Shown here one piece after another: positions 21,944-35,300 of a stretch of 64,000 bases of DNA (positions are counted from its first letter, which is position 1; every line of letters starts with the position of its first letter). The notes below the pieces were generated by a model, which was not told where the DNA came from, did no database searches, and saw only the letters and a program-made list of their open reading frames with translations. Location: assembly GCA_036172245.1 (NCBI GenBank), contig JAYWIR010000124.1, positions 1 through 64,000 of the forward strand, given 5' to 3'. The position numbers and the translations under genes are program-made. This DNA is from Raillietiella orientalis. Taxonomy: Eukaryota.

Positions 21944-24423
21944 CACTCGATTGAAATCTCCCTCTATCAGGTGAGCCATTCGCACGTTCGTGTCCGCCAG
22001 CCGGTCGCGCTTCAGCGTCTGCTGCAACCTAGTACGGTCGCGGTACCGCTGGTTACCGCTGGGGGCATACACGTTTCTGACGTTTAAGTCGATTGAGTTG
22101 GACCATTTGAGAATCAGCTGGTTGACCTGACCGTCGTCATCAAAACGCACGCCCTTCAAGGCAGCGTCGACGGCTGACTTCACAAAAAGCGTGACCATAC
22201 GGATGTTGCAGGCGCCGCTTTGGTAGTATAACAGACCCCACGCGATCGATTCGATCTCGTGGACGTCCACCGCAAAGATCACGTTGATCTCCTGCTGCAG
22301 AGCCAGGTCGAGCTCACGCAGCGTGTCGGCTGTATCTCGTTTGGTGCCGTCGTCGCGCAGCCCGTTGACATTTCAACAGACCGCGCGGTTCCGACGGCGA
22401 CAGGCGAGCCCAGGTGTGAATCCTGGGAAAGTGGCATTGCGGTGTCCGCCAACTCTTGGGGCGGGAGGCTAGGAGGGAAACGGGTCATGCGTCGAGAACC
22501 TGATCCTCCTCCTCCATTGGTGTCGGCGCCTCAGGTGTGTCGCCCGAAGGTGTGATCGCGCCTACCTGATCGCCCTCCTCCATAGAAGCGGGTTTCTCGG
22601 GTTCGTCGCATGCAGGGTTGGCTTCGTTACGCTGCTCACCCTCCTCCATAGGCGTCGCCTGTGCGCCAGCGTCCGCGCATGGAGGATCCCCCTCCGGGGC
22701 TGCCACGCTGCCGTGATCTTCCTCTTTTTGCTCCTCGCTCGAAACGGGAAGGCACCTTTTGGGCTTCTGGGACTAGCGTCCTGCCTTTCGAGGAGGTACC
22801 TCCGCGGAGGAGGATGAATTTCCGGCCTCCCGGTCGGACTCACTTTTGGGAGGCATTTTCTTCGGTGCCGGCCTGCGGACGCCCTCGTGCAACGGGGTTT
22901 CGCGCTCGCCAAGCGTTGCTGCAAGCTCCTCCACCGCTTTTTCGAAGGCGACGTCCTCGCAAGCGGTGAGCCTTGCCGCGGGCTTTTCCGCGACCTGATT
23001 GAGCGCGGCGTCCTCGCTGGCGGCAAACGTTGCCGCGGCCTCCTCCGCGACCTTACCGAGCGCGGCGTCCTTGCTGACGGCGAACGTTGCCGCGGGCTCC
23101 TCCGCGACCTTACTGAGCGCGGCGTCCTCGCTGTCGGCCCGCGAGTTTCGCGTCTCACCCTCTAAACGTAGAATGGGTTCGTCCACGCGAGTACCGGTCG
23201 CGACCTCAGCAGCTGTCTGTTGAGCAATGCCGTAGGCGGCCTCGGCAGGAACGGCTAAGCGTACCAATGCCACCGAGCATTCCCGGAGTTCTTTAGAAAG
23301 CGGCGCGGCTTTTTTCTTTTTGCCGGCAGTTTTCTTCTCCGACTTTTCTTCTGCCAGAATTTTCTTGTTTCCTCTCTTAGCCTTAACCAACTGCCAACCC
23401 TCCTCCACTCTCGCGTCTTCGAGAGTATTTTCTTCCCCCGCCTTTGCGGGAGGAGCTGGGGCTGGCGGCTGGGAACGGCCGTTTCCCTGCGTTGGTCTTT
23501 CGACCAGTTTCGCACGTTTTCCCTGTGCTTTTTTGGCAGCAGTGGGCACCAAGGTAAGGCGCTTGGAGCACACGCGTCGAACGTGCCTTTACACCATGCA
23601 TAAGTGGCACACAATGTTCGGGCACCTTTTCCTAAGATGCCCTACTGCATTGCAGTAGCCACAAAATTGGGATTTCCTTACTTACCAGACGTCTATCGCT
23701 TCTTGGCAGACCTCCAGCTTGTAGGAAAGCGCACCGCCCTCTTTTACCGTGACTCACGCCGCGGCTTGGCCCCCGAAAAGGCTATTCTAGCTTTTAAAAA
23801 TCGTAGGCGTCGGCCACAACGCGTGCACTTCGGCGTGCCTGCGCAACTGATCACCAACCGCTGACTGCGTCACTCGGCTGGTGGTCCCGATGAGATGGAC
23901 CACTACGGAGCGATCCATCGTCACCGGCAAGATCTTCTCACCATCAACGATCAGCGGATCGGCGATCAGGCGTTGGGCCAAGGTGATATCTTTGCATACC
24001 ATCTCGACCCGCTGACCCCCGCTGAGGACGGAGAGGCCGTGCAGATCTTGCTCTCTGACGTTCGCGTTTCGCCGCGCCTTCGTAAAGGCGCGTGCAGTCC
24101 GCCCATCAAACAATGGACCTTCCTTGTATACCAGCGAGGGTTTTTACCCTGCTGCCCGATAGGCCTTCTGCTCTGCCAAGGCTTCGGCGCTGGGCGCTGC
24201 CACCATGGTACTCCAAGTCCTTGTCTGTAGCGGCGGGGACGAATCCGGGGCGGATGCCCCTGATTCAGTGGGCTGTGGGGACGAACAAGCCTCCCTTACG
24301 CCTACTTTCATCGCAATGCACTCTGGCATCGTAGCCATCGGACACCGACGATGTGCAAGCACAAAATGCTCAAGTAAAAACGCTCGCCTTGCCACGCAGG
24401 CGGAGCGACGGAAAAACACGTTC
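21944..24423 (-). mobile_element. LINE 5' part, subfamily D: degenerate ORF1 plus APE N-half, ending at GDFN
   Basis: Homologous to 14200-16506. 5' GAACGTGTTTTT at 24412-24423. Confidence 0.88.
22917..23133. repeat. 57-bp tandem repeat (~3.8 copies) encoding EDAALxKVAEExAATxAxS
   Basis: CCGCGACC at 22988, 23045 and 23102, a period of 57. Confidence 0.85.
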
Positions 24424-24437
24424 GCTCACGATGAAGA

Positions 24438-27365
24438 GGGTTTGGGGAAGGAACTCGCAACCTAAATGAGTATTTATACGCCCGTCTTTATGCAAGGACC
24501 CTCAACGTCCGTCGCCTGGCCGAGTATCGAGCTGGGACTGAGCAGCAAGCTTGGCAGTCCGGGCCGCTTACCCTGCTGGACGACCAGGACCGTGAACACT
24601 CGGCCCCGTCAGCAAATCGACATATGCTGAGAAAATTTTATTCCTCACTGTACGCCAGGGAGCCTCCTGAGAGGGACGTATCGCGACTGTTGCTCCCGGA
24701 GGGATCCCCGGCCTTAGGGGAGGAAGAGATGAAAAGCCTCGACGAACCTTTTACAACCGGTGAAATCCTAACCGCGATTAAAGGGCTCAAGAGGCGGAAG
24801 GCCCCAGGGGAGGGAGGCCTGCCCGCGGAGTTTTTTTAAAGCTTCGCGGCAGAGTTGACTCCTTTGGTGCACAGATTGATACAGCTGATCCGGGAAGAAG
24901 GCGATGTTCCTGCCTCGTTCCGGTCAGCTAGGATGAGGCTTCTCCCTAAAGGAGGAGACCTCCGTATTCTAACCAACTGGCGTCCGATCACAGTTGTGAA
25001 CACGGACGTCAAGTTGGTCGCGAAACTGTAAGCTGCGCGGCTCGGACAGGTAGTTGAATCCGTAATTAGCCCGGAGCAGACTTACGCTGTTCCCGGGCGA
25101 AGTATAAAAGCTAACCTGTTCTTCGCCAGCAGATGGTTCCATGTACAAGACGAAATGAAAGAACGCAAGGGATCTCTCGAAAACCCCTATTTAAGGGTGA
25201 CCGCTGGTCAGAATGGAGACAGCCGGAAGGGCAAGGGTGCTCTAGCGATCGCAGTTGACCTTCATAAATCGTTCGACTGCGTGGACGAGAAGCTCCTCCT
25301 AGAGCTTCTGCATCGAATGGGCTTTTCTCCTACTTTAACGGCGCACCTGCGCTCTTGCTGGCGCGCCGCGATAACAAACCTCTGTTTCAGAGGACAGAAC
25401 GTGTACGGCGTGCCGGTGCGCTGCGGGATTCGGCAGGGCAAAAGCCTCACTCCCCTGCTCTTTAGCACTCACTTCGTATTGGTGCTGAGAGCACGCAGGA
25501 TTACTTTGGCTGCCTTGCCAGCCTCAAGTTCCGGCACGCCTGCCGTGTCCGCAAATGCCGACGATCTAGGGCTCCTGCTTTCATTGTCCTCCTCGGCAAC
25601 GACAGTCGAACATTTCTTCGACCTGCTAAGCCGTGGGACAGGGCTACGGGTCAACAGGGCAAAATCGTTGATAATGGCAGTTGGAGCAACGTGGGTAGGA
25701 CCGTTTAACTGGATCCGCCTGGGGATCCCGACGGGCACACATCTGCAGGACCCTGGCGTTCCGCTAGGGGACTTCTGCCCGTCAGAAACATGGTCAGGTC
25801 GTCTTCAGCAAGTGGACTTGGCGATCCGCCCGTTCCTGTAGGGGCAGTTCCACTTGCCGGAACGGGCCGCAGTATGGAGCGATTTTGCGGCCCCCATCCT
25901 TCGCCCAATACTTTTCGTTTGCCCCGTCCCCATGAATATGAAAAAAAGGACAAAGGACCTCCTGCGACCTTTGGGGCAAGGGGAGTCCCCTAGACCCTTT
26001 GATGGACTTGTGCGCTCCGCGTCGTGATGGTGGTCTTGGTATCCTGACGCTGGAGCGCATGAAAATTTGCTGCGATGGCGAATGTTCGCCATCGCAGCAA
26101 AGTTGTGGAGCACCCCGTGGTGTGTTCCTGCCCGCTTCCTTGCCAGATGTGCATCCGGAACGGGAGAACTCGCATCTCTTCTTTTATGTCGTGGAAGGAA
26201 GACAAGAAGATGCGGCCTTCTCCACAGACGTGCAACCCCTCTGGCGAGGGAGAATGCGTGGATGATATGCAGCCCCGTCAACTCCAGCTTATGGCTCCAG
26301 AAACAGTTAACACGCGGACGATAGTGAATCAGAAGTGCCACGAGAGGTGGAATAGCCTACGGCGAAGCAAATACTCCCGCTGCACTTTACGCGAGATCCT
26401 GGAGTGTCCAGCCAGAAGAACGTGGGCAGACACGACCTGCCTGGCTACGGTGCTGCCCTTCCTACGTAGGGCCCTTGTCAGCAGCCGGACGCCGAGGTGG
26501 CAAGTCTCTTACCTTATGAAAGGCAGCGAACAATTATTGAGCGGTTGGACAATGGTTCATCTGGCGGACACCACAACCCTGAGCGTCCTTCCCAAAGGAC
26601 TTCAAGGAAGGGGCGAGCTGCTCGGCATCACGACTAATGACCTGAAGTGGCCCCCAGCGATAACAGGAACAAGCATCCTTTCCCTGAAACGGCAGGAGTC
26701 GGCGCTGATGCTGTTGCACTGATGACTCCCAACCAATGCCCGCCGTCACCATTGGACTGGGGAAACTGTGAAACCAAACTGAGCCCGGTGTGGGCAACGT
26801 AAAATCCTCAGGCACCTTTTAGTTGTCTCTGCTGCTCTCTGGCCTCTGTGGGAACGTTTCGGTTCCTGCTTAGGGATCCTGGAAGGTGGCCTTCCCAGAG
26901 ACGTTTCTCGGCTCCTCTTTGTGCGGTACGCCCTGCAGCCAGCCGCTGTAATAGCAGCTCTCTTCTGCGTTCGCGGTATTGTGGCAGCTTGGAGTGGATC
27001 CAAAGAAGCAGAGGATGTCAGCAAAAAAAATGCCATGGAGTTTGCAGCTCGCTTTCTGCGAACAGCAACCCGATGGCCTTTACTGGGAAATCAGTACAAG
27101 GACCTCGTCGGCATCCTGGAAAGGATGGAAGCTCCGCGAAACGGGCAGTGATTTCATCCCGGCCCTCCAATTGACCAGTGTTTTCACTGTTTGTTTTCCT
27201 TTTATTTTTGTTTTTCATTTTTTCAACCTATCCGTTGCCGTGAAGTGTCAAGTTGGTCTAAGCACCGACTACCCGACATCACCAGAGAACTACTGGCCGC
27301 AGCAAGGCCTTGTACTACAAAGACTGTTAGTATTTTAATAAACGCCCTGGCATTCTGGGTGAAAA
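24438..27365 (+). mobile_element. LINE 3' two-thirds (linker, RT, Zn finger, 3'UTR), heavily degenerate, D-like C-terminus
   Basis: ORFs 24624-24839 (KAPGEGG), 25155-25841 (DLHKSFD, NADD) and 26921-27151. Ends AATAAACG...CTGGGTGAAAA. Confidence 0.9.
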
Positions 27366-30300
27366 CGGCGAGAGAAGGAAGCAACATACTGAAGAGCACT
27401 TCAACGAGGCACACGAATCCACGAAGAATCACGTGACTTTTTCGTTGAGCGCATTGCGTACAATTGGAAACATCCAATGGGCGTTCCATTGGGAAGCACA
27501 TCGAACATAAGATAGACGAGAACATTCGGCGAATGACGACGGAATTACCAAACAAGAACGAACAAAAATAACCCAAAAGATCACAATTTAAAGGGAAACA
27601 ACAGAGGCAAGCAATGTGACATAGGATGCAGGAATAGCTGCAAAGGGAAGACAAAATCACTATTTTGCAAGTATGCAGACTCGGAACCCGTACGCAAGTG
27701 CGTTCGATGGATGGACCCATGCCAAGCGCGCACGTGACTTTCGGAAGGTCGCAGCTCCCGTTCAGCGGATCCGCGAGTATGAATTCAAATTTATTCAAGT
27801 CATCCCCAGAAGCCATCAGTGACCGGCAAGAATGGCTTCCGTAAAAGCGCACATGGTCAGAAAAAGGACAATGAGAACCAACGCAGTTTCCGCAACGGGT
27901 AAGTGAAGATGTCTGAACATTGGACAAGTCGTAACAGCAGCACACACTCAGTGTGAAGTTCCAGACTCGCAAAGAAGCAATCACTTCTTTAGAGAGTACC
28001 ACGGAGCCCAAGTCTATCGACAACCTCGGTACAAATTGGAAAAATTCAGTTCTGCGACGCGATGAACGCAAGTTTATACGAAGTTTCGTTTCGACGGTAG
28101 CATCCACGGTGAAGGAACACGCGCGACCCAAGAAGAACCAGACCACATACTTCCGCAGTTGCTATAGGGACGGACTGAGATCAAAAGAAGCGTCCCGTAA
28201 CTCTCAGTGGCGCAATGAAGTCGACTGCGGACGCCGGATAAAAGAAGTTGCACGCAAGAAGAGGAAAAGCGGTCCGACCAGAGATGCAATAGCTCTTTCT
28301 ACTAATGCTGCTTACGATGGTTAACAAGATGCGCCACAGCATGCTGCTGCCTTCCATAACTTCGCACAGGACGAGTGGTTTCTTGAGCGCTGCATTCAGC
28401 AGAGGCGCGGATTTTCTGCAGCATTTATACCGAATTACGCACATTTCCAACCAATACCAGCCATGGTCAACACTTGGAACGACAGGAGTCAAATGTGTCG
28501 AAGACACATGGTTCTGGATTGCCTCGCATCGTGGTATCGGTGATGCAATCCTAAAGGATTGCCAGCTGCAGGAACCTTAGCTGCAAATCAGACGAGCGAA
28601 GTCTCCACGAAACTGCGCTACAAACATGCGTTTACGATTATCGGCAAAACGCCGTGAGAAGACACAGATCACTGCAGCCTCCCGATCCGCCCGGCAAAAC
28701 GGCAAAGAAACTTATGCAGCCAAGGGAGATTTTTTTCAAAATATGCTGTTTCCACAGTAGCTACTAACAAGAAATACCTACAAATCAAGTGATGCAAAAC
28801 GAATAATCTGCGTATAGTAGGAAAAAGGACCTCGCAGCTTGATATCGAACACTACATGTCCACAGGAACAAAGGAAGTTGAAAGGCCACAAAAAGCAATG
28901 CGAGGTCGCGGGCGTTTTTTTGCTCCTTAAGGCTGCGTTGATCCAATGTTGCTCGACAGCTGAGAGGTGCACGAGTGAGGCATTCCTCGAACAGATACAT
29001 ACTATCAGACTGTCGCAACGCTTCCAAAACGAACGTCCCAAACGAGTCCAGTTCGCTATTCGGAATACCTCCTCCAGCTAGATTTAAGTTATAGGTTCAA
29101 AATTCATACCATTAATTATAAAACGCCTGCATCTCTGCTGCAGCGTCTGTTATCCAACACAGGTATGCGGAATTTCTCCAAGTAGGAAGCCTCGTAGAGA
29201 GTGGGGAGAGTTCGAAACTTGGCAGGAAGGCCGTCAACTTCCAAGCAGGTTTTGCGAGAATTACTTGATTACGCTTCTTGTGCTGCGATCGCCGTTCAAA
29301 TGCATGTAAGCCGAAAAGCAGGTTCCACCATCGCACGAAGTCTTCCATGAAGTCAGTGACATGAGAGATTTAACCGCAAGCACGAGGTGCATCGCCTGAC
29401 AGTTGTGAAAGAGGATACGCCAAGCTTCCTTCATGTATCAGTTCTCAGTACATTTGCTGTCAACTGCACTCCCCATTCCGATGTGTTTTTTCAAAGAGGG
29501 CATCATACCGTTGGCAAGGTAGCAGAAGATCTCATACAAACTGCCAATTCTAGCTTAAAAGCGAATGACACTACCGGATGCTCCCTTGGAGATTCTCCGA
29601 AAGAGCTCTGCATGCTTCGTCAAGGGATCACAGCACATTCTCTTTTAAAGAAACAAATCGGAACTGGAGAAAAACGAAGAAACGTGCATTTGTAAAGAAA
29701 ATGTGATCGAGATCAAAACAAATTGGAGAGATTTGGCAGATAAAAACGATAGAATTAATTGCGTCGTTCGAGAACGCACAACAGAGAGGAAAAAGTTCCC
29801 GAACACGGCAATGATGGCGAACCCCGGCAGCTGGAAGGGCATTTCTTATGTTCTAACTCGACAGTGCGAGATGCTGATTCCCCATTTACTCAGCTGAGAA
29901 CGGCAGCAAAGAGCTCAAAATCGCATTTTTGTCCAGCTGATTGGATTGGTGTGCTACCTGCTCTTAAGGATCGACTCCTAGTTTTTCTACAGCTTGACTC
30001 ATCTTGGAGGACCACTGTCACTGGCACATGGCAAAGATGCCTCCAAAGAACAATTGGAGATCTCGGAAGGCTAGAAATTCTCATAAGCGAGTAGTGCTGC
30101 ATAGAGTCAGCACACATGGAGTACGCATTTTTCGTGCTTCTAACCGAAAGAAATCAAGGTTTCGAATCCTCGTCTCGGGACATTGGAATGAGCATCCTCA
30201 GGCAAAACACGATGCAGCGTCATCACCTGTTTCGGAAGTTAGCCCAAGCTGCGAAGTTTCCGATCACCTATACTTTCCGGCCCAGCACGATGGGCTGGAG

Positions 30301-32362
30301 TTTCTCCCCAATCTACTGCGACCCAAAAATGCCCCGACTTGCACATGAGCACCGACAGATGGTTTCCGCGGTGGTGATCGGAACTTAAAGAAAAAAAAAG
30401 TGCTCCGAATACATTCTCATTCTCAGCTCATGCTCATTCCTTGTTCCAGGAAGCATCGAGGAAACAAAGAAGACGTCATTGCCTGGAATAAATTTAACTG
30501 CTTTCGCGCAAACGATTGTGAGTAACAGCGTAGACAAAAACTTGACGACAATTGGAGGCAGATCTGCTGCAGTATCTATAGGCGCACAAATCTGTTGGTT
30601 GATTGCTACCAGTGTCAGCTGTCTGACGCTTGGAGTGCCAACGCTGTGCCTGGAGAAGGTATTTGGAAGACCGATTTAAATTGAAAACTCGTTGGCTGCA
30701 GTGGAAATTCACGCGCATAGTTTGGATAACCTCGGCTGCTTCCTGTTAAGCGGCACGACTCGGCCCCGTGATCCCGCATTGGAATATGCCATGCAACACA
30801 CGTTTCCATCAGTGCTGCAGAAAGACCAGGATTCCAGATCGAGCCGAAGTGGATGAAGGGCTGCTGCTGTGGACGTTATGAGAGTTTCGCTGTGCCATAA
30901 ATTTTTTTGGCTTCGCCGACTTTTCTGCAATCGCAGAGTGTGTTGTCTGCGGGAAGAGTGCGCGGTGCACATAGTGCTGTGAGAGAGCCACGATCGTTAG
31001 CCGCTTCGCGACTCCGCCTTCTCACTTGCATGAGCGCGGCGCCTTAGCGGACACCTAGGAAGCCGTTACCTCTTTTTTCCGTGTTTTTGGCTTGAAAATA
31101 TCCCAAACGTGAGCACACCGAACCATAGACCGTACGCCTGGCCCGACGCATTAGTCTTGCTTCTCGAATGAGCAGAGCACAAACTCGAAATCGGAGGGTA
31201 CGCCGTAGACTGTTTTGGGAGCATCGGTATGAACAAAGGAGTTCAGAATGCTGTTAGTTTTGAATTCGCAGATTCTTCCTGTGAATTTCTTATGGTTGAG
31301 TTACTGCGTGAAAACTTGAAGACGTGTTCTTCAATTCTTAATGAGAACGTGCTTAAAACACATCAGAAAAAACGCTATTTCTTCAGTTTCATAGGCAGGC
31401 TCTATAGAAAGAGAGAATCTCGCTTGAGAGCTCATCTACCAACCCGCTGATGAGGAGTTTGTGAAAAATGCTCGTTTAAAGGAGATGGATAAGTGTATGG
31501 TAGGTAACGCTTTCAAGTCAGTATTTTTTGTTCGAATGAAAGTTCGGAGGAGTTGACTAGTAAAGCCTAGTTAGGTGCTCAAGAAATTATACTGATCCAA
31601 TACGGATCAAAAACTACTGAATTACATTTGCGGAAACATATGTTTCGTAAAACATATAAACAGATATGTTTTAAATTTTTTTAGATGACACCTGCGCCTT
31701 ACGTAATTCCAGAGAGAGAATTCTTCAGGGAGTTCATGATTGATTTCATGCAGAGAACCACTTGCTCTTTTTAATATCAGGTGAGTAACAAAAGGAATTC
31801 ATTTATATCGATTTCAGCGTGAGACTCCTGATGCAAAGGAAGCACGTTAACACAACAGCCAGAGATACAAATCATATTCAAATACGTTAACGAAGATCAT
31901 CCAAGCAAAAAAATTCCTGTTCATTGCAACGAGCTGCTACTCCTAATGATGACCGTGAGCGCAAAGAAGCGCGAAAGCATCCAATAGCAATGATGTTCAT
32001 TGCCCTTATATACCTTGTGCCTATCTCTTTTGAAAACTCACAAGACTTGCAGGCATTACACGTGACTGGATTGTAATTAGGGCAAGCAAAAATAGCATCC
32101 ATGCTGCTACATTGGAAGAAAAAAAGTTCCCCGTTGGATCAGGAAGAAGAAGGCATTTCCTTTTGCGGAGGAAAGGGCAGCAAAGCATGAACGCCCACAC
32201 GATTTGAACACTTCCACGGCAGAACTGAGGATGAAATGGAAAGCAGCGCAGAAATTACAGAGACCCCTCCCAAACGTTAAAGGAAGGCGACGGATTCTTC
32301 ACACCCACACTGCCCCATCTTTGGCGCCTCTAGGCGCCGCCACCGAGTCTAGTCTTCCTGGG
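27366..32362. repeat. Unidentified ~5 kb low-copy unit, copy 1 (left arm of the inverted repeat plus spacer)
   Basis: Its reverse complement matches 32400-35810 and 46324-51410. No recognisable protein over most of its length. Confidence 0.9.
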
Positions 32363-32399
32363 TGTAACATTATCTGAGTTTCTGATGAGGCGCCTCACC

Positions 32400-35300
32400 C
32401 ATGCAAGTGAAAAGGCGGAGTCGCGAAGCGGCTGACGATCGTGGCTCTCTCACAGCAGTTGTGCAGCGCGCACTCTTCCCGCAGACAACACACTCTGCGA
32501 GGTTTCATGTTAAATCGGTCGTGCAAATATCTTCTCCAGGCACAGCGTTGGCATTCCAAGCGTCAGACAGCTGACACTGGTAGCAATCAACCAACAGATT
32601 TGTGCGCCTATAGATACTGCAGCAGATCTGCCTCCAATTGTCGTCAAGTTTTTGTCTACGCTGTTACTCACAATCGTTTGCGCGAAAGCAGTTAAATTTA
32701 TTCCAGGCAATGACGTCTTCTTTGTTTCCTCGATGCTTCCTGGAACAAGGAATGAGCATGAGCTGAGAATGAGAATGTATACGGAGCACTTTTTTTTTCT
32801 TTAAGTTCCGATCACCACCGCGGAAACCGTCTGTCGGTGCTCATGTGCAAGTCGGGGCATTTTTGGGTCGCAGTAGATTAGGAGAAACTCCAGCCCATCC
32901 GTGCTGGGTCCAGAGTATAGGTGATCGGAAACTTCGCAGCTTGGGCTAACTTCCGAAACAGGTGATGACGCTGCATAGTGTTTTGCCTGAGGATGCTCAT
33001 TCCAGCACCCTGCAATGCGGATTCGAAACCTAGATTCCTTTCGTTTACAAGCACGAGAAATGCGTACTTCATATGTACTGACTCTTTGCCGCACTATTCG
33101 CTTGTAGGAATTTCAAGCCTTCTGAGATCGCCAGCTGTCGTTTGGAGGCATCTTTGTTATGTTCCAGATACAGTGATCCTCGAAGAGGAGTTGGGCTCTA
33201 AAGAAACTAGGGAACGATGCTGAGGAAAAGTTAGCACACGGATCCAATCAGCTGGACAAAAATTCGATTTTGAGCTCTTTGCTTCCGTGCGGGGTTCAGT
33301 GAATGCAGAATCAGCATGTCGCACCGTCCAGTTAGGACATAGGAAATGCCCTCTTAGCTGCCAGGGATCGCCATCATTGCCGTGCTCGGGAACTTTTTCC
33401 TCTCTGTTGTGCGTTCTCGAACGACGCACTTAATTCTATCGTTTTTATCTGCCAAATCTCTCCTATTTGTTTTGATCTCGATCACATTCTCTTTACAGAT
33501 GCATTTTTCTTCGTTTTTCTCCAGTTCCGATTTGTTCTTTTAAAAGCGAATGTGCTGTGATCGCGGGACGCAGCACGTGGTGTGCTTTCGGAGAATCTCC
33601 AAGGGAGCATCCGGTAGTGTCATTCGCTTTTAAGCTAGAATTGGCAGTTTGTATGAGATCTTCTGCTACCTCTTTGAAAAAACACATCGGAATGGGGAGT
33701 GCAGTTGACAGCAAATGTACTGAGAACTGATACATGAAAAAAGCTTGGCGTATCCTCTTTCACAACTGTCAGGCGATGCAACTCGTGCTTGCGGTTAAAT
33801 CTCTCATGTCACTGACTTCATGGAAGACTTCGTCACATTCAGTGAACCCTTCACTTTTCAGCTTGTGCATTTGAACGGCGATCGCAGCACAAGAAGCGTA
33901 ATCAAGTAATTCTCGCAAAACCTGCTTGGAAGTTGACGGCCTTCCTGTAAGTTTCGAACTCTCCCACTCTCTACAAGGCTTCCCTACTTGCTGGAGAAAT
34001 TCCGCATACCTGTGTTGGATAACAGACGCTGCAGCAGAGATGCAGGCGTTTTATAATTAATGGTATAGATTTTGCGTTCTCGCAACAAATCTGGCTGGAG
34101 GAGGGAATTCAGAATGGGGAACAGCACTCGATTGCGACTTACGTGTTGGGAGCGTAGCGACAGTGTTCTTGTATGTCTTCGTTCAAGGAAAGCATCACTC
34201 GTGCAGCACTCTGCTGACGAGTAGCATAAGAGAAACGTAGCCTAGAGGAGCATAAAACCTGCTGCGATTTCCCATTGCTTTTTCTGGGCCTTTCAGTTCT
34301 CCTTGTTCCTGTGGACATGTAGTTTTCGATATCAAGCTGCGAGGTCCTTTTTTCTACGATACGGAGTTTGTTCGCTTAGCATCACTTGATTATCAGGTAT
34401 TTCTTCCAAGTAGCTACTGTTAAAACAGCAGATCTTGGAAGAATTCTCCGCTGGCCTTGTTAGTTTCTTTGCCGTTTTGCCGCGCGGATCGGGTGTCTGC
34501 AGTGATCCTTTCCTACACACGATGTTTTTCTGATAATCGTAAAGGCATCTTTGTAGCGTTGATACGTGGCGTCTTCGCTCGTCTGATTTGCAGCTAAGGT
34601 TCCTGCAGCTGTGAATCCTTTGGTGTTGCATCACAGATACTGCAATGAGGGGCTTTCCAGAAGTATGAGCTTTCGAAACACTTGACTAATGTCGTTCCAA
34701 GTGTTGACCATGGCTGGTATTGGTTGGCAATGTGCGTAATTCGGTATAAACGCTGGAGAGGTTACGCGCCTTTCTTGAATGCAGCGCTCAAGAAACCACT
34801 TGTCCTGTGCAAAGTTCTGGAAGGCGGCAGCATGCTGTGGCGCATCTTGTTCACCATCGTAAGCAGGATTATTAGAGAGAGCCATTGTATATTTGGTCGG
34901 ACCGCGTTTCCTCCTCTTGCGTGAGGCTTCTTGTATCCGGCGTCACGCAGTCGACTTTCATTGCGCCACTGAGAGTTACGGGACGCTTCTTTTGATCTCA
35001 GTCCGTCCCTATAGCAACTGCGGAAGTATGTGGTCTGGTTCTTCTTGGGTCGCGCGTGTTCCTTCACCGTGGATGCTACCGTCGAAACGAAACTTCGTAT
35101 AAACTTGCGTTCATCGCGTCGCAGAACTGAATTTTTCCAATTTGTACCGAGGTTGTCGATAGACTTGGGCTCCGTGGTACTCTCTAAAGAAGTGATTGCT
35201 TCTTTGCGAGTCTGGAACTTCACACTGAGTGTGTGCTGCTGTTACGACTTGTCCAATGTTCAGACATCTTCACTTACCCGTTGCGGAAACTGCGTTGGTT

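Noticed and set aside
22917..23133. CRISPR-like array
   Set aside because: A contiguous coding tandem repeat without unique spacers, in a eukaryotic context with no cas genes.
27223..28146. 307-aa and 296-aa Cys-rich ORFs in the inverted arms as real genes
   Set aside because: They match only because the DNA is identical, the frame is broken in copy 3, and no domain is recognisable.
32323..32353. Helitron-like 3' end: GGCGCC-TCTA-GGCGCC hairpin, 10 nt, then CTAG|T
   Set aside because: Copy 3 lacks the hairpin and has CCAG, homology continues past the CTAG, and no Rep/helicase is seen.
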